Assembly: GCA_964577095.1 (NCBI GenBank)
Contig: CAZNXX010000004.1
Location: forward strand, 1 to 45,276
Length of the DNA stretch: 45,276 bases
From: an uncultured bacterium
GTDB taxonomy: Bacteria; Zhuqueibacterota; QNDG01; DTFT01
Direction: 5' to 3'
In this document: positions 1 through 9,297 of the stretch, in pieces
Layout of the letters: the number at the start of each line of letters is the position of its first letter
Numbering within the stretch: the first letter of the stretch is position 1
The notes under the pieces: generated by a model
Told to the model about the DNA's origin: nothing
Database searches by the model: none
The model's input: the letters and a program-made list of their open reading frames with translations, nothing else
Translations under genes and position numbers: made by a program

Positions 1-2
1 GT

Positions 3-1211
3 TTGACCTATAAATCCGCGATCCGAAACGCCTACTTTTTCGGAATTTTCGCCCTGGGCGCATCGACTCCCTTTCTGCCCGTTTTTCTCAAGGAACGCCT
101 CGGATTCGACAACCGGGAACTGGCCCTCGTCCTCATGGTGCGGCCGGCCATGGCGCTCCTGGGTCAGCCGTTCTGGAGCTGGCGGGCCGATTCCACACGG
201 AGCCGGACGCGCCTGGCCGCGATCGCGAGCGTGCTGTCGGCCTTTTGTTTCCCCCTCGTCCTGGCGGGACACCGTTTCCCCGCTGTTCTGATGCTCATGG
301 CGCTTTCCGCTTTCTTCTTCATGCCGTTCAATTCCATGAGCGACACAATCACCTTCGATTATCTCGGCTCATCCAGGCGCAATCACTTCGGCAGTTTTCG
401 TATTTTCGCTTCTCTCGGTTTTTTCGCGGCTGTGATTGTCTCCGGGCCCCTGTACGACAGGCTCGGCCTGCGCTGGCTCTTCCTGCTGTTTTCGCTGGGC
501 ATGCTGGTTTCCGCGTGCTTTATCCGGAAGGTCCCATCCCGCCGCAGTTCAACGCAGCAGACCGGCGACTGGCGGTCCCTGTTCGCCTTTCTCCGCAGGC
601 GCAACGTGCTGTTTTTCATCCTGGCGGTCCTCGTGTCCGAGACTGCGAACCAGATGGCGTACGTTTTTCTCAGCGTGTACGCCAAGTCGCTGGGCGCGAA
701 CAACGCCCAGACGGGATGGATCTGGGCTACGGCCACGGGCATGGAAATGATCACCATGGCCTTCATGCCGTTCATCATCCGCCGCGTGGGACTGAAGAAC
801 GTGCTCGTGCTCGGAACCTTTTTCGTTCTGTTCCGATGGATGCCCATCGCCTTCGTCCATGACTGGTGGATGCTCCTGCCTTTCCAGTGCTTCCACATCA
901 TCACTCTCACTTTCGTGTACGTGGGCGCGGCGATTTTCATGGACGCCGAAGCGCCTCCCGGAATCCGTTTCTCGGCCCAGGCCTTTTTCAGCACCTTCGT
1001 GCTGAACGGAGCCGCACTCATCGGCACGCTTCTGGGAGGACTGATCAGCCAGCGCCACGGTTACGGCCCGATCTTTTTCGTATCCGGGGCGCTCGGTGTC
1101 GTCTCCGCGGCCGTGATGGCGGTTTTCGTGCGCAATCCCAGCCGCATCCACCTGCCGGGAGGTGAAAACGCGCTCAGCCCGCAGGCCGGCCATCCGGCGG
1201 CCCGGCCCTGA
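3..1211 (+). CDS. MFS-type membrane transporter (HcaT/MFS_1_like-like); N-terminus may be clipped by the window edge
   Basis: 402-aa ORF, hydrophobic throughout with about 12 helix-length segments and a central charged loop (KVPSRRSSTQQTGDWR). Only convincing plus-strand gene. TTG at nt 3 and the frame is open to the window edge. Confidence 0.75.
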   Translation: MTYKSAIRNAYFFGIFALGASTPFLPVFLKERLGFDNRELALVLMVRPAMALLGQPFWSWRADSTRSRTRLAAIASVLSAFCFPLVLAGHRFPAVLMLMALSAFFFMPFNSMSDTITFDYLGSSRRNHFGSFRIFASLGFFAAVIVSGPLYDRLGLRWLFLLFSLGMLVSACFIRKVPSRRSSTQQTGDWRSLFAFLRRRNVLFFILAVLVSETANQMAYVFLSVYAKSLGANNAQTGWIWATATGMEMITMAFMPFIIRRVGLKNVLVLGTFFVLFRWMPIAFVHDWWMLLPFQCFHIITLTFVYVGAAIFMDAEAPPGIRFSAQAFFSTFVLNGAALIGTLLGGLISQRHGYGPIFFVSGALGVVSAAVMAVFVRNPSRIHLPGGENALSPQAGHPAARP

Positions 1212-1343
1212 ACCGGACCGACGGAACGGACCCGCGGGTCAGTGCCGCTGAAAATGGATTAAAACGGAATTGGAACCAGGAAGGCTGATCCGGACGGAAC
1301 GCCCGGATGGCGGGTCCCTCTCCGCGGACCGGGTTTCATCGCG

Positions 1344-2438
1344 TCACGGTCGAGCGGTCTTTCTCTCTGAGTCCAGCACCTGCCCGGCCGCGTCGAGCAG
1401 GTCATCGGCGATCCAGTCCGGTTTCACGTCGAACTCCCCGTCCTTCGCGCCGAATCCCGTGCGGACGGCCACGGTCTTCATCCCCGCCCGTCTCCCGGTC
1501 TCGATGTCGGATGTCTTGTCGCCGATCATCACGCTCCGCGTCAGATCCAGATTCAAATCATCCTCCGCGCGGCGCACCAGCGCCTGTCCGGGTTTCCGGC
1601 AGTCGCATTTTTCGGATTTGCTGTGGGGGCAGAAATAGACCTTGTCGACCAGAACGCCCGCGGCGGACACCTGCCCGAACAGGGCGCGGTTCACGCGGTA
1701 GAAATCCTCCTTCGAGTAATACCCCATGCCGATTCCCGGCTGGTTCGTGATCAGGATGATGCGAAAGCCCATGTCCTGGAACCGTTTCATCCCCTCCAGG
1801 GCGTTCGGCAGAACGCGGATCCGATCCGGTTCATGCAGGTACTCGGCTTCCTCGATGACGGTTCCGTCCCGGTCCAGAAACACCGCGACAGACCGTTTCG
1901 CGGGCTTGCGCTCGATGTGCGCGGCGCCCTCCTGCTCCACGACCGTCTCCGCCGGACGGCCGCCTGAAGAGAGAACGCGTTCGATGACCGCTGTCGAGGA
2001 AACCGCTTCCGTGACCGGGATCAGCCGGATCTCTCCCCCGAAGGACGACAGCGCGTCGGATGAGGTCAGTCTTTCCGGACTGTAATCACCAGCTTTGATG
2101 TAAAACCGGGGTTTCAGCGCTTCGAGGTTGGCGCGGTTCCTCCGCTCGTCGAACAGGAAAACGTAATCGACGGATTCAAGCGCGGCCACCAGCTTGAGCC
2201 TCTGGGATTCAGGGACAATGGGCCGGTCCGGCCCCTTGTATTCACGCACGGACCGGTCTGAATTCACGCCCACGACCAGGATGTCGCACAGGGCTTTGGC
2301 CTTCTCGAGGTAATCGGCATGCCCCGCGTGCAGCAGGTCAAAGGCGCCGGAAGTGAAGCCGACCGTCTTGCCCGCCGACCGGATGGATTCGCAGATACAG
2401 ACGAGTTCTTCCCGGCTTTTGATTTTCCGTTCAATCAT
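1344..2438 (-). CDS. Fusion of a heptose-1-phosphate adenylyltransferase-like domain (HldC / RfaE domain II) and D,D-heptose 1,7-bisphosphate phosphatase (GmhB, HAD)
   Basis: N-terminal half has GAFDLLHAGH (HxGH nucleotidyltransferase motif) and VGVNSD. C-terminal half has FLDRDGT (HAD motif I), ITNQ, a CPHSKSEKCDCRKP Cys loop typical of GmhB, and GDKTSD. Confidence 0.8.
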   Translation of the reverse strand: MIERKIKSREELVCICESIRSAGKTVGFTSGAFDLLHAGHADYLEKAKALCDILVVGVNSDRSVREYKGPDRPIVPESQRLKLVAALESVDYVFLFDERRNRANLEALKPRFYIKAGDYSPERLTSSDALSSFGGEIRLIPVTEAVSSTAVIERVLSSGGRPAETVVEQEGAAHIERKPAKRSVAVFLDRDGTVIEEAEYLHEPDRIRVLPNALEGMKRFQDMGFRIILITNQPGIGMGYYSKEDFYRVNRALFGQVSAAGVLVDKVYFCPHSKSEKCDCRKPGQALVRRAEDDLNLDLTRSVMIGDKTSDIETGRRAGMKTVAVRTGFGAKDGEFDVKPDWIADDLLDAAGQVLDSERKTARP

Positions 2439-2465
2439 GGACCCCGCCTCCGGAAGCCCGGTTGA

Positions 2466-3575
2466 TCAGGCGGAAACCGCCTGTCCCCTGCTCCTGAGTT
2501 CGTCTCTCAGCCGCCGCGTGGCGGCCTGTATCTTCGCGAAATCCAGCCCGGTTTCCCGGCACATGTCCGTGACCAGCTCGAGCGGAAGCGCGTTCTCCGT
2601 CCGGATCCGCTCCAGCGCCCGCTCGCGCGTCATGAGCCCCTCGCGGATCATACTGCTGAACAGGTCGTCCTTCTCGGAGAAACCGAACAGCTCCATGAAT
2701 ATCCAGTGCTTCAGGAATGCCAGCTTGCAGTCGAACCGCCACGGGGAGGTGACGTTCGCGGGTTTGCGCCAGCCCAGCTCCGTCTCGATCACCCGGTGCA
2801 TCTCCGCTTCGTCGAATCCGACGTAGTCGAGGTAATCCACCTTGGTCTGGTCGGCATAGAAAAGCTTCTGCATCAACGGAAAAGGCAGGTACTGGTACAG
2901 GAAGGCCCGGCCTTCAGCGGTCATGCACGGCGGACTCTTGAAATAGCGGGGGTTGGCCGCGAGGTCCCGGGCCAGATTGCCGACCAGCCCCAGCGCGTTC
3001 CGCTGATCCCTGCGGGCCCCGGCGCCGGCCAGGGCGTACTTGAAGTGGGCTTCCTCCACTCCGCCGGCCCCGGTAACGACCAGTGAAACGCCCATTTTCT
3101 TCGCCGTTTTACGGAGACCGATCTCGATGTTGCCGTTGCAGATCGTGCAGGTCAGCATGATGAAACCGAGGGACGGCTTCTCCATCCAGGCTTCGAAATT
3201 GTGCTTCAGGCATTTCAGGAGCGATCCGCCGCGGTCTACGTGAAAATCGACGCCCACGGCCTCGGTCATGTTTTTCATGTTCAGGACCGCGGTTTCCGGA
3301 ACGAGCCCGTTGTCGATGAAATACGCCAGCACCTTCATCTTGTGGACGCGGACCAGCTGGTGCAGAACGTATGCGCTGTCCCGGCCGCCGCTGATTCCCA
3401 CAACCGCGTCGTACGGCTGTCCCTTGGCCTTTTGCCGCTCGAACACCGAGTCGAGCGCTTCCCGTCCCAGAAACTGTTTCTTGATGTGGGACTCACAGAA
3501 ACAGCACGTCCCCTGCCCGTTGAATTCGATTCCGGGGTAGGTTTGCGGTAGAATGCACGAATTGCAGCGCTGCAA
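2466..3575 (-). CDS. N-acetyl sugar amidotransferase (PP-loop ATP pyrophosphatase, WbpG/PseA-like)
   Basis: SGGRDS PP-loop and an N-terminal CxxC...CCFC cluster. The track ORF starts at TTG 3593. I prefer the in-frame TTG at 3575, preceded by GAGGAGG plus a 6-nt spacer. Confidence 0.75.
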   Translation of the reverse strand: MQRCNSCILPQTYPGIEFNGQGTCCFCESHIKKQFLGREALDSVFERQKAKGQPYDAVVGISGGRDSAYVLHQLVRVHKMKVLAYFIDNGLVPETAVLNMKNMTEAVGVDFHVDRGGSLLKCLKHNFEAWMEKPSLGFIMLTCTICNGNIEIGLRKTAKKMGVSLVVTGAGGVEEAHFKYALAGAGARRDQRNALGLVGNLARDLAANPRYFKSPPCMTAEGRAFLYQYLPFPLMQKLFYADQTKVDYLDYVGFDEAEMHRVIETELGWRKPANVTSPWRFDCKLAFLKHWIFMELFGFSEKDDLFSSMIREGLMTRERALERIRTENALPLELVTDMCRETGLDFAKIQAATRRLRDELRSRGQAVSA

Positions 3576-3725
3576 AAAAGACCTCCTCGTCAATGACTGG
3601 AATGGATCGGGCCGGAGCCTCGGAACCGGAAAATGTACGAAAAATCGGCTCCGAAAACAATCCTAAAAGTCCGGTGACGGCCCGCATGCCGTCCCGATCG
3701 AACGGGGACGCCGGAAGGGCCGGGA

Positions 3726-4835
3726 TCAGAAATGCAGCTTCAGACTGAGCCCGGCGGAGCAAGGCCCGGCGGACGGGGTCAGGGAAAAGGAAGGGTTGGA
3801 TTCCGTGGAACCGGAAGGCCCGGCGAGAGCCCACTCGGCTATTCCCGTGAGGACGAGGGCCGCGCCTGCGCCCGTCCACAGGCCTGCGGACCGGTTCAGC
3901 CGAACCGAACGGCCGTGAAAGCGGTCTGCGTCCGCCGGCGCGTCGGCGCGCCTGTAATCGTCCTCCGCCTGTCCGGCGAAATGGAATTGCATGAGGCCGA
4001 GTGCAACGGACACGAGCCCGGTTCCCGCGGAAACGACGGCCATCTTCCGGAGCAGCAGCCTGGGGGCGGCAGGCGCGGTTTCGATCGTCCAGTCGCCGAG
4101 TCCGGGCATTTCGGACCGGATCTCGCCGCGCACGAAATCGTTCCGGCTGATCCGGTCGCCGAGGGACTCGGACAGTATCTCCGCCGCGCATTGACCCGCC
4201 TGGAACCTGCGGATGCGGACACGGCCGACGTCCCAGTCGCCGCCGTCGCTTTTCCTCCGCCACACGGTCACTTCGTCCCCAACGGATAGCCCGGACGACT
4301 CCGGCGCGTCGATCAGGCACAGCCTGCCCCGGATCCGGAGAACGGGGTACACAGCGGTCGCGGAATCCGCGAATCCGGAATCGGCCGCCGGTTCCCCGGA
4401 TGCAGGTTCATCATCCGGGTTGTCGACAGCCGCCTCCGCCGCTTCTTCCGCCCCGGCTGTCTGCGTATCCGTTCCAGCCGTTTCCGTGGTGCGACCGGCC
4501 GGTTCGGGTTCGGGTTCGGGTACGGGTGTTTCCGCCATCTGCGGCAAGTCCGCGAAATCGCCCGCGGAAATTTTCAGATCGATGCTCTCGCTGACGATTT
4601 CAGCGGCGCACTTTCCGGACTGGTACCGCACGACGCGGACCCGTCCGACCTGGCTGAAAAACCCGAGTTCATTCTTCCGGTACACGTCTATTTCTCCGCC
4701 CACGGCCAGCCCGGACGAGGCGTTCATGTCGATGAGCACATACTGGCGCACGCGCCTCAGGACCTTCTGTGAATGGGAAGCCCCTGCGCCGAGCAGAAAG
4801 ACGAGGATCAGGCTCCAGGACAGCGCGTTTTTCAC
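3726..4835 (-). CDS. Secreted/membrane hypothetical protein with an internally duplicated domain and an acidic Pro/Glu linker
   Basis: Signal-peptide-like N-terminus (LILVFLLGAGASHS). Two copies of a GRVR(V/I)xR(Y/F)Q(S/A)G(K/Q)CAAEI(V/L)SES block (15/21 identical by eye), a PEPEPEP linker, hydrophobic C-terminal segments, and a terminal ...LKLHF. Confidence 0.6.
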   Translation of the reverse strand: MKNALSWSLILVFLLGAGASHSQKVLRRVRQYVLIDMNASSGLAVGGEIDVYRKNELGFFSQVGRVRVVRYQSGKCAAEIVSESIDLKISAGDFADLPQMAETPVPEPEPEPAGRTTETAGTDTQTAGAEEAAEAAVDNPDDEPASGEPAADSGFADSATAVYPVLRIRGRLCLIDAPESSGLSVGDEVTVWRRKSDGGDWDVGRVRIRRFQAGQCAAEILSESLGDRISRNDFVRGEIRSEMPGLGDWTIETAPAAPRLLLRKMAVVSAGTGLVSVALGLMQFHFAGQAEDDYRRADAPADADRFHGRSVRLNRSAGLWTGAGAALVLTGIAEWALAGPSGSTESNPSFSLTPSAGPCSAGLSLKLHF

Positions 4836-4950
4836 TGGTCGATGTCCGCTTTCAGATGGTCAAAAACGATTCAAAACATGGTCCGGCAAGGCGGACCGCC
4901 CGTAAAATGTTATTAAACAAGCAAAGGCCATGCCCCGGATCGGGGACCCA

Positions 4951-4987
4951 TAAAAAAAATCCGGCGATCCTTTATGGAGACGGCCGG
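4951..4987 (-). terminator. Weak candidate intrinsic terminator downstream of uvrC
   Basis: On the minus strand, a 5-bp stem (CCGGC...GCCGG) with a long loop is followed by T8 (plus-strand A-run at 4952-4959). The stem is short. Confidence 0.3.
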
Positions 4988-5034
4988 GTTCCGTTGGATG
5001 GACGCATCCCATGCGTCCGGGATCAGCATGCCGC

Positions 5035-6930
5035 TCATTGAACAGTGTCAGCCGGCGTCTCGTTTGGGTCCGGATGAACCGGATCGTCCGGCGATCCCGG
5101 ACCGCGACCGCACAGCGCCTCCTTGACTCTCACCGCGACCGGCCGGGACATTCCGGCGACGGCCGCGATTTCATCGACCGACGCCCTCCGTACGGCTTCC
5201 GCGGAACCGAAACGGAGGAGCAGGGCCTTGCGGCGGCTGGGCCCGATGCCCGGAACATCGTCGAGGGACGAACGCACGGCGCGTTTGGCCCGCAAAGACC
5301 GGTGAAACGTCACGGCGAAACGGTGGGCTTCGTCGCGCACGCGCTGGAGCAGGTGGAGGGAAGCGGAAGCGCGCGGAAGGGTCTGGGATTCCGACAGGCC
5401 CGGCCTGAAGACCTCTTCGAGCCGCTTGGCGAGGCCGATCACGGGCTGGCCGCCGGCCCCGCACGCCCGGAGCGCCTCGCACGCCGCCGAGAGCTGTCCT
5501 TTTCCTCCGTCCACCAGGATCAGGTCGGGCAGCGGCAGCCCTTCGCGCATCAACCTCGACACGCGGCGCGAGACCGCCTCGGACATGGCCGCGAAATCGT
5601 CGATGCCTTCGACGTTCCGGATCCTGAATTTCCGGTACCCGCTTTTCAGGGGCCTTCCGTTCTCGAACACGACCATGGAGGCCACGGTGTCCTTGCCCGC
5701 CAGATGAGAGATGTCGAAGGCCTCGATGCGCTTCGGAGGCCTCGGGAGACCGAGGTCGCGCTGTAGCGCGGAGACGGACGGCGCCACCCAGTCCCCGGAC
5801 TGCGATTTCTGGAGGCGCAGCTCCCCGAGCAGCAGGCGCGCGTTCTGCCGGACCATGGCCATGAGCTCCGCGGGCTTGCCCTCGGCCGGAACCGTCAGCC
5901 GCACGGCCGATCCTTTCCGGCCGGAAAGCCAGGCCTCGACCGCTTCGCGGTCGTCGATGCCGAAGGGGATGTGGATGTCCGAGGGGATACTGTCGGCCCG
6001 CAGGTAATACTGCTTGAGAAAGGCGGACAGGATCTCCGGCTCGGGCGTCGCCTCCGCGTGCTCGAGGCCGAACTGCCTCCGGTTCACGATCTTGCCGTCC
6101 CGCACGTCGAACACCAGGCCGCAGGCGCCGTCCCCGTCCCCGGCCGCGGCCACCAGGTCCCGTTCGGTCTCCGGGTCCCCGGCCACTTTCTGCCTGGACT
6201 GGAAGTGCAGCACCGAGCGGATCTGGTCGCGGAGCCGGGCAGCCTGCTCGAATTCCCGGTTCTCCGCCAGTTCCCGCATCCGCCGCTCCAGGTCCTCCAC
6301 GAGCCGCCGGTTCCGTCCCTCGATGAAGGCCACGGTGCGGTCGATGACTTGCCGGTATTCGACCTCCGTGACGCGGCCCTCGCAGGGTCCGCCGCAGCGG
6401 CCGAGGTGGAACTGCAGGCAGATCCGGTGTTTTTTCAGGCGGATCGTCTCTCCGGTGATCGCGAGGCCGCAGGTGCGGATCGGAAAGATGCGGCGGATGG
6501 CGGACAGGAGCTGGCGCATCGAGCCGACGTCGGTGTAGGGGCCGAAAACCAGGGCGTTGTCGCGGTCGGGCCTGCGGACCACGGTCACCCGGGGATACGG
6601 CTCGACCGTGACGCGGATATACGGATAACTCTTGTCGTCCTTCAGGTTGACGTTGTATCGCGGCCGGTGGCGCTTGATGAAATTGGCCTCGAGGATCAGC
6701 GCCTCGATCTCCGAATCCGTGTGGATGAACTCGAAGTCGGCAACCTTGGACATGAGAACCGCATGCTTGGGGTCTCCCGGCGGATCCGGGACGCGGAAAT
6801 GCGTGCGGACCCGGTTCCGCAGAGACTTGGCCTTGCCGACATACAGGATCTGACCCTTCGCGTCCTTGAAGAGGTACACGCCAGGCTCGGCCGGAAGGTT
6901 TCGGATGCGCTCATCCAGTTTCTGGGGCAT
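5035..6930 (-). CDS. uvrC: Excinuclease ABC subunit C
   Basis: GIY-YIG N-terminus (GVYLFKDAKGQILYVGKAKSLRNRV), UvrBC-interaction region, and a C-terminal (HhH)2 (GIGPSRRKALLLRFGS). The track start is 6957. ATG 6930 has a GAAGGAA Shine-Dalgarno 8 nt upstream. Confidence 0.95.
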   Translation of the reverse strand: MPQKLDERIRNLPAEPGVYLFKDAKGQILYVGKAKSLRNRVRTHFRVPDPPGDPKHAVLMSKVADFEFIHTDSEIEALILEANFIKRHRPRYNVNLKDDKSYPYIRVTVEPYPRVTVVRRPDRDNALVFGPYTDVGSMRQLLSAIRRIFPIRTCGLAITGETIRLKKHRICLQFHLGRCGGPCEGRVTEVEYRQVIDRTVAFIEGRNRRLVEDLERRMRELAENREFEQAARLRDQIRSVLHFQSRQKVAGDPETERDLVAAAGDGDGACGLVFDVRDGKIVNRRQFGLEHAEATPEPEILSAFLKQYYLRADSIPSDIHIPFGIDDREAVEAWLSGRKGSAVRLTVPAEGKPAELMAMVRQNARLLLGELRLQKSQSGDWVAPSVSALQRDLGLPRPPKRIEAFDISHLAGKDTVASMVVFENGRPLKSGYRKFRIRNVEGIDDFAAMSEAVSRRVSRLMREGLPLPDLILVDGGKGQLSAACEALRACGAGGQPVIGLAKRLEEVFRPGLSESQTLPRASASLHLLQRVRDEAHRFAVTFHRSLRAKRAVRSSLDDVPGIGPSRRKALLLRFGSAEAVRRASVDEIAAVAGMSRPVAVRVKEALCGRGPGSPDDPVHPDPNETPADTVQ

Positions 6931-7093
6931 GTCGGTTATTCCTTCACATGCGCTCATCCGGGTTCCGGAACATGTCGGTCAAACCTCGGACGAGCGGCCG
7001 CCCGGGGGATCGACGCCGCCGGAAAAGAAAAAGGCTCGGACACGCGGAAACCGTGCGTCAAAGCCTGTTTGAAGCGGAATCGGGAGGAGACGG

Positions 7094-7441
7094 TCAGGAC
7101 TCGATCTGCTCCTCGATCTTGGCCGCCTTGCCTTTGAGCTGGCGCAGGTAGAACAGCTTGGCGCGGCGGATGCGGCCCTTGCGGGTGCGTTCGATTTTCT
7201 GGATCAGCGGCGAGTACAGCGGGAAGATGCGCTCAACCCCCACGCCGCCGGATATTTTACGGACCGTGAAGGTCTTGTTGATGCCGCCGCCGCGTTTCTG
7301 GATGCACAGGCCGCGGAAAATCTGGATGCGCTGCTTGTCTCCTTCGACCACCTTGAAGTGGACGGCGACGTCGTCGCCCGGGTTGAATTCGGGGACGTCC
7401 GCCTTGACCTGCTCCGCGCCCACCAGTTCCAGCATGTCCAT
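7094..7441 (-). CDS. rplS: 50S ribosomal protein L19
   Basis: 115 aa. [26 protein letters not shown]...[22 protein letters not shown] is a classic L19 sequence, and the gene follows trmD. Confidence 0.97.
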   Translation of the reverse strand: MDMLELVGAEQVKADVPEFNPGDDVAVHFKVVEGDKQRIQIFRGLCIQKRGGGINKTFTVRKISGGVGVERIFPLYSPLIQKIERTRKGRIRRAKLFYLRQLKGKAAKIEEQIES

Positions 7442-7488
7442 TTTAACAATCCTCCTTGGAGTGCGATCGATTGATCGTTCTGTTTAGT

Positions 7489-8229
7489 TCAAACCTGCGT
7501 TCCGTCCGTGTCACTTGTACCGGGTGTTTCGGCGGGGCCGCCCGGGCTGCGCTTCAGCAGATCGGGCCTTCGCTCGGCCGTCCGGCGGAGCGCCTGCTCC
7601 TCACGCCATGCGTCGATCCGGGCATGGTGCCCGGAGAGCAGGACATCCGGGACCTTCAACCCGCGGAATTCCTCGGGCCGTGTGTAATGGGGATGGTCCA
7701 GCCGTCCGCTGACAAACGAATCGCCGTCCGCCGAGTCGCTGTTTCCGAGCACGCCCGGTTGCAGCCGAACCACCGCATCGATGATCACGGCCGCGGCCAA
7801 TTCGCCGCCCGAGAGGATGTAATCGCCGATCGAAATCTCCTCGTCGACCAGCGACTCGATGACCCGCTCGTCGACGCCGCGGTAGTGGCCGCAGAGAAAG
7901 ACAAGCTGGGTTTCGGCGGCCAGGGACGCGGCTTTGGACTGGCTGAACGTCTCGCCCTGAGGCGACATCAGCAGGACCCGTAAAACCGCCTCCGGGCTGT
8001 CCCTCCGGACGGCCTCGATGCAGCGGAAAATCGGCTCGGGCTTCAGAATCATGCCCGCCCCGCCCCCGTACGGGTAATCGTCGACGGTGCGGTGGCGGTC
8101 CTCCGCGAAATCCCTCAGGTCCCAGATGCGGTAATGAACACGTTCCTTCAGGCTGGCCTGACGAAGCATGCTTTCCGCGAAAATCGCATCGAACATGCCG
8201 GGGAACGGGGTGATGACATCGATGCGCAT
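7489..8229 (-). CDS. trmD: tRNA (guanine37-N1)-methyltransferase
   Basis: [13 protein letters not shown]..., [30 protein letters not shown], and a conserved operon position. Confidence 0.97.
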   Translation of the reverse strand: MRIDVITPFPGMFDAIFAESMLRQASLKERVHYRIWDLRDFAEDRHRTVDDYPYGGGAGMILKPEPIFRCIEAVRRDSPEAVLRVLLMSPQGETFSQSKAASLAAETQLVFLCGHYRGVDERVIESLVDEEISIGDYILSGGELAAAVIIDAVVRLQPGVLGNSDSADGDSFVSGRLDHPHYTRPEEFRGLKVPDVLLSGHHARIDAWREEQALRRTAERRPDLLKRSPGGPAETPGTSDTDGTQV

Positions 8230-8233
8230 GCGG

Positions 8234-8731
8234 TCAGATCAGTCCTTCGATGGTGGCGATCGTCACGAGTCCCGCCCGGGGGTCGACCGATCGTATCCAT
8301 TCCTTCACCATCGGAACCAGGAGTTCCTCCCCTTCCCGGTCGATCACCAGAAGGTCCTGTCCCGGGGCTTTCAGAACCTCGCGCACCATTCCGACCGTTT
8401 CTCCGGCCGCGGTCACGGCCTTCAATCCGATCAATTCAAACAGGTAGTACGACCCTGCCGGAAGCGGCCGGCTCAGCGACCGCGCAATCCGGATCCAGCG
8501 TCCCGCCACCGATTCGGCCACGGTCCGGTCGTCGATGCCTTTCAGCTTGATCAGGACGAAGGCGCCGGAAAGCCGCACGCTCTCGACCGCGTGCCGTTTC
8601 CCCGGTTCCTCGTCCCCGTCTGCCAGCCACACCATTCGAAGCCGCTTGAACCGTTCCGGATCGTCGGTCAGCGGGAAAACCTTGAGTTCGCCGCGGAGTC
8701 CGTGCGCGCCGGTGACGCGTCCGACCGACAC
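8234..8731 (-). CDS. rimM: 16S rRNA processing protein RimM
   Basis: [17 protein letters not shown]-terminus, a PRC-barrel C-terminus, and a position between the KH protein gene and trmD. Confidence 0.95.
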   Translation of the reverse strand: MSVGRVTGAHGLRGELKVFPLTDDPERFKRLRMVWLADGDEEPGKRHAVESVRLSGAFVLIKLKGIDDRTVAESVAGRWIRIARSLSRPLPAGSYYLFELIGLKAVTAAGETVGMVREVLKAPGQDLLVIDREGEELLVPMVKEWIRSVDPRAGLVTIATIEGLI

Positions 8732-8778
8732 GGTCGAAGCGTCCTTCTGCCCGCCCGGATCCGGGACCTGCGACCCGG

Positions 8779-9009
8779 CTATTCCAGAATTTCCAGAAGC
8801 GCCCTTTTGCCGCGCTTGGCCGAGGCCGCCGTCAGGAGGGTCCTGATTGATTTCGCTGTCTGACCTTTCCGTCCGATCACCTTTCCGAGGTCCCCGTCTC
8901 CGACGCGAAGTTCAAACACCGTGGTTTTCTCTCCGTCGACTTCCGTGACCACGACAGCCTCCGGATGGTCGACCAGATGCCTGGCGATGAACTCGACGAA
9001 CTCCTTCAT
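8779..9009 (-). CDS. KH-domain RNA-binding protein (YlqC/UPF0109 family)
   Basis: 76 aa with a [18 protein letters not shown] GxxG KH motif. It holds the usual position between rpsP and rimM. Confidence 0.9.
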   Translation of the reverse strand: MKEFVEFIARHLVDHPEAVVVTEVDGEKTTVFELRVGDGDLGKVIGRKGQTAKSIRTLLTAASAKRGKRALLEILE

Positions 9010-9145
9010 GGCCGCATTCCCTCCTCATGTCAGGTTCCACTCGATTCCGATATCGTCTCCAGAAGAAGGCGTTCATTCCGATGACATCGGTTCAGCGTGA
9101 AACGGACGGACAGGGACCGGCGGGCGGCCGGAGGTCGTTGAAGCT

Positions 9146-9165
9146 CCCCGCCGTAAGCGGCGGGG
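9146..9165. other. GC-rich stem-loop (8-bp stem CCCCGCCG/CGGCGGGG, TAAG loop)
   Basis: Perfect palindromic hairpin read directly from the sequence. No U-tract on either strand. It lies in the 285-nt rpsP-KH spacer. Confidence 0.5.
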
Positions 9166-9186
9166 AATCTTCTATCTGTAAAGAAG

Positions 9187-9297
9187 AGACATCTGACATT
9201 CGCTCGCTTACCCCGCGGCCCCGCTTCGCGGGATCAAGCTATTATATGTCTTCTTGTTGAAGACAAACCGCGGGGAATGCGCTCGCTGTCAGATTCA
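9187..9297. repeat. Imperfect palindromic element in the rpsP-KH spacer
   Basis: Left arm is ATCTGACA-TTCGCTCGCTTA-CCCCGCGG and right arm is CCGCGGGG-AATGCGCTCGCT-GTCAGAT. The outer and inner blocks are complementary, and both arms carry CGCTCGCT in direct orientation. An inner AGAAGAGACAT / ATGTCTTCTT pairing is also present. Confidence 0.55.
9271..9297 (+). repeat. 27-nt exact repeat, copy A (CGGGGAATGCGCTCGCTGTCAGATTCA)
   Basis: Identical to the reverse complement of 17790-17816. It abuts and overlaps the rpsP stop codon (9295-9297). Confidence 0.85.

Noticed and set aside
5971-7137. Long plus-strand ORFs (for example 5971-7137, 14364-15725, 22072-23481, 245-862, 9857-10678) that mirror minus-strand genes
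   Set aside because: They lie antisense to genes with unmistakable family signatures (uvrC, GH95, radical SAM, ffh). Their products are Arg/Pro/Gly-rich low-complexity sequences typical of shadow ORFs in GC-rich DNA. None has a convincing Shine-Dalgarno.
9146-9297. CRISPR-like reading of the CCCCGC...GCGGGG hairpins in the rpsP-KH spacer
   Set aside because: There are only two or three non-identical hairpins at irregular spacing. There is no repeat-spacer periodicity and no cas genes in the window.
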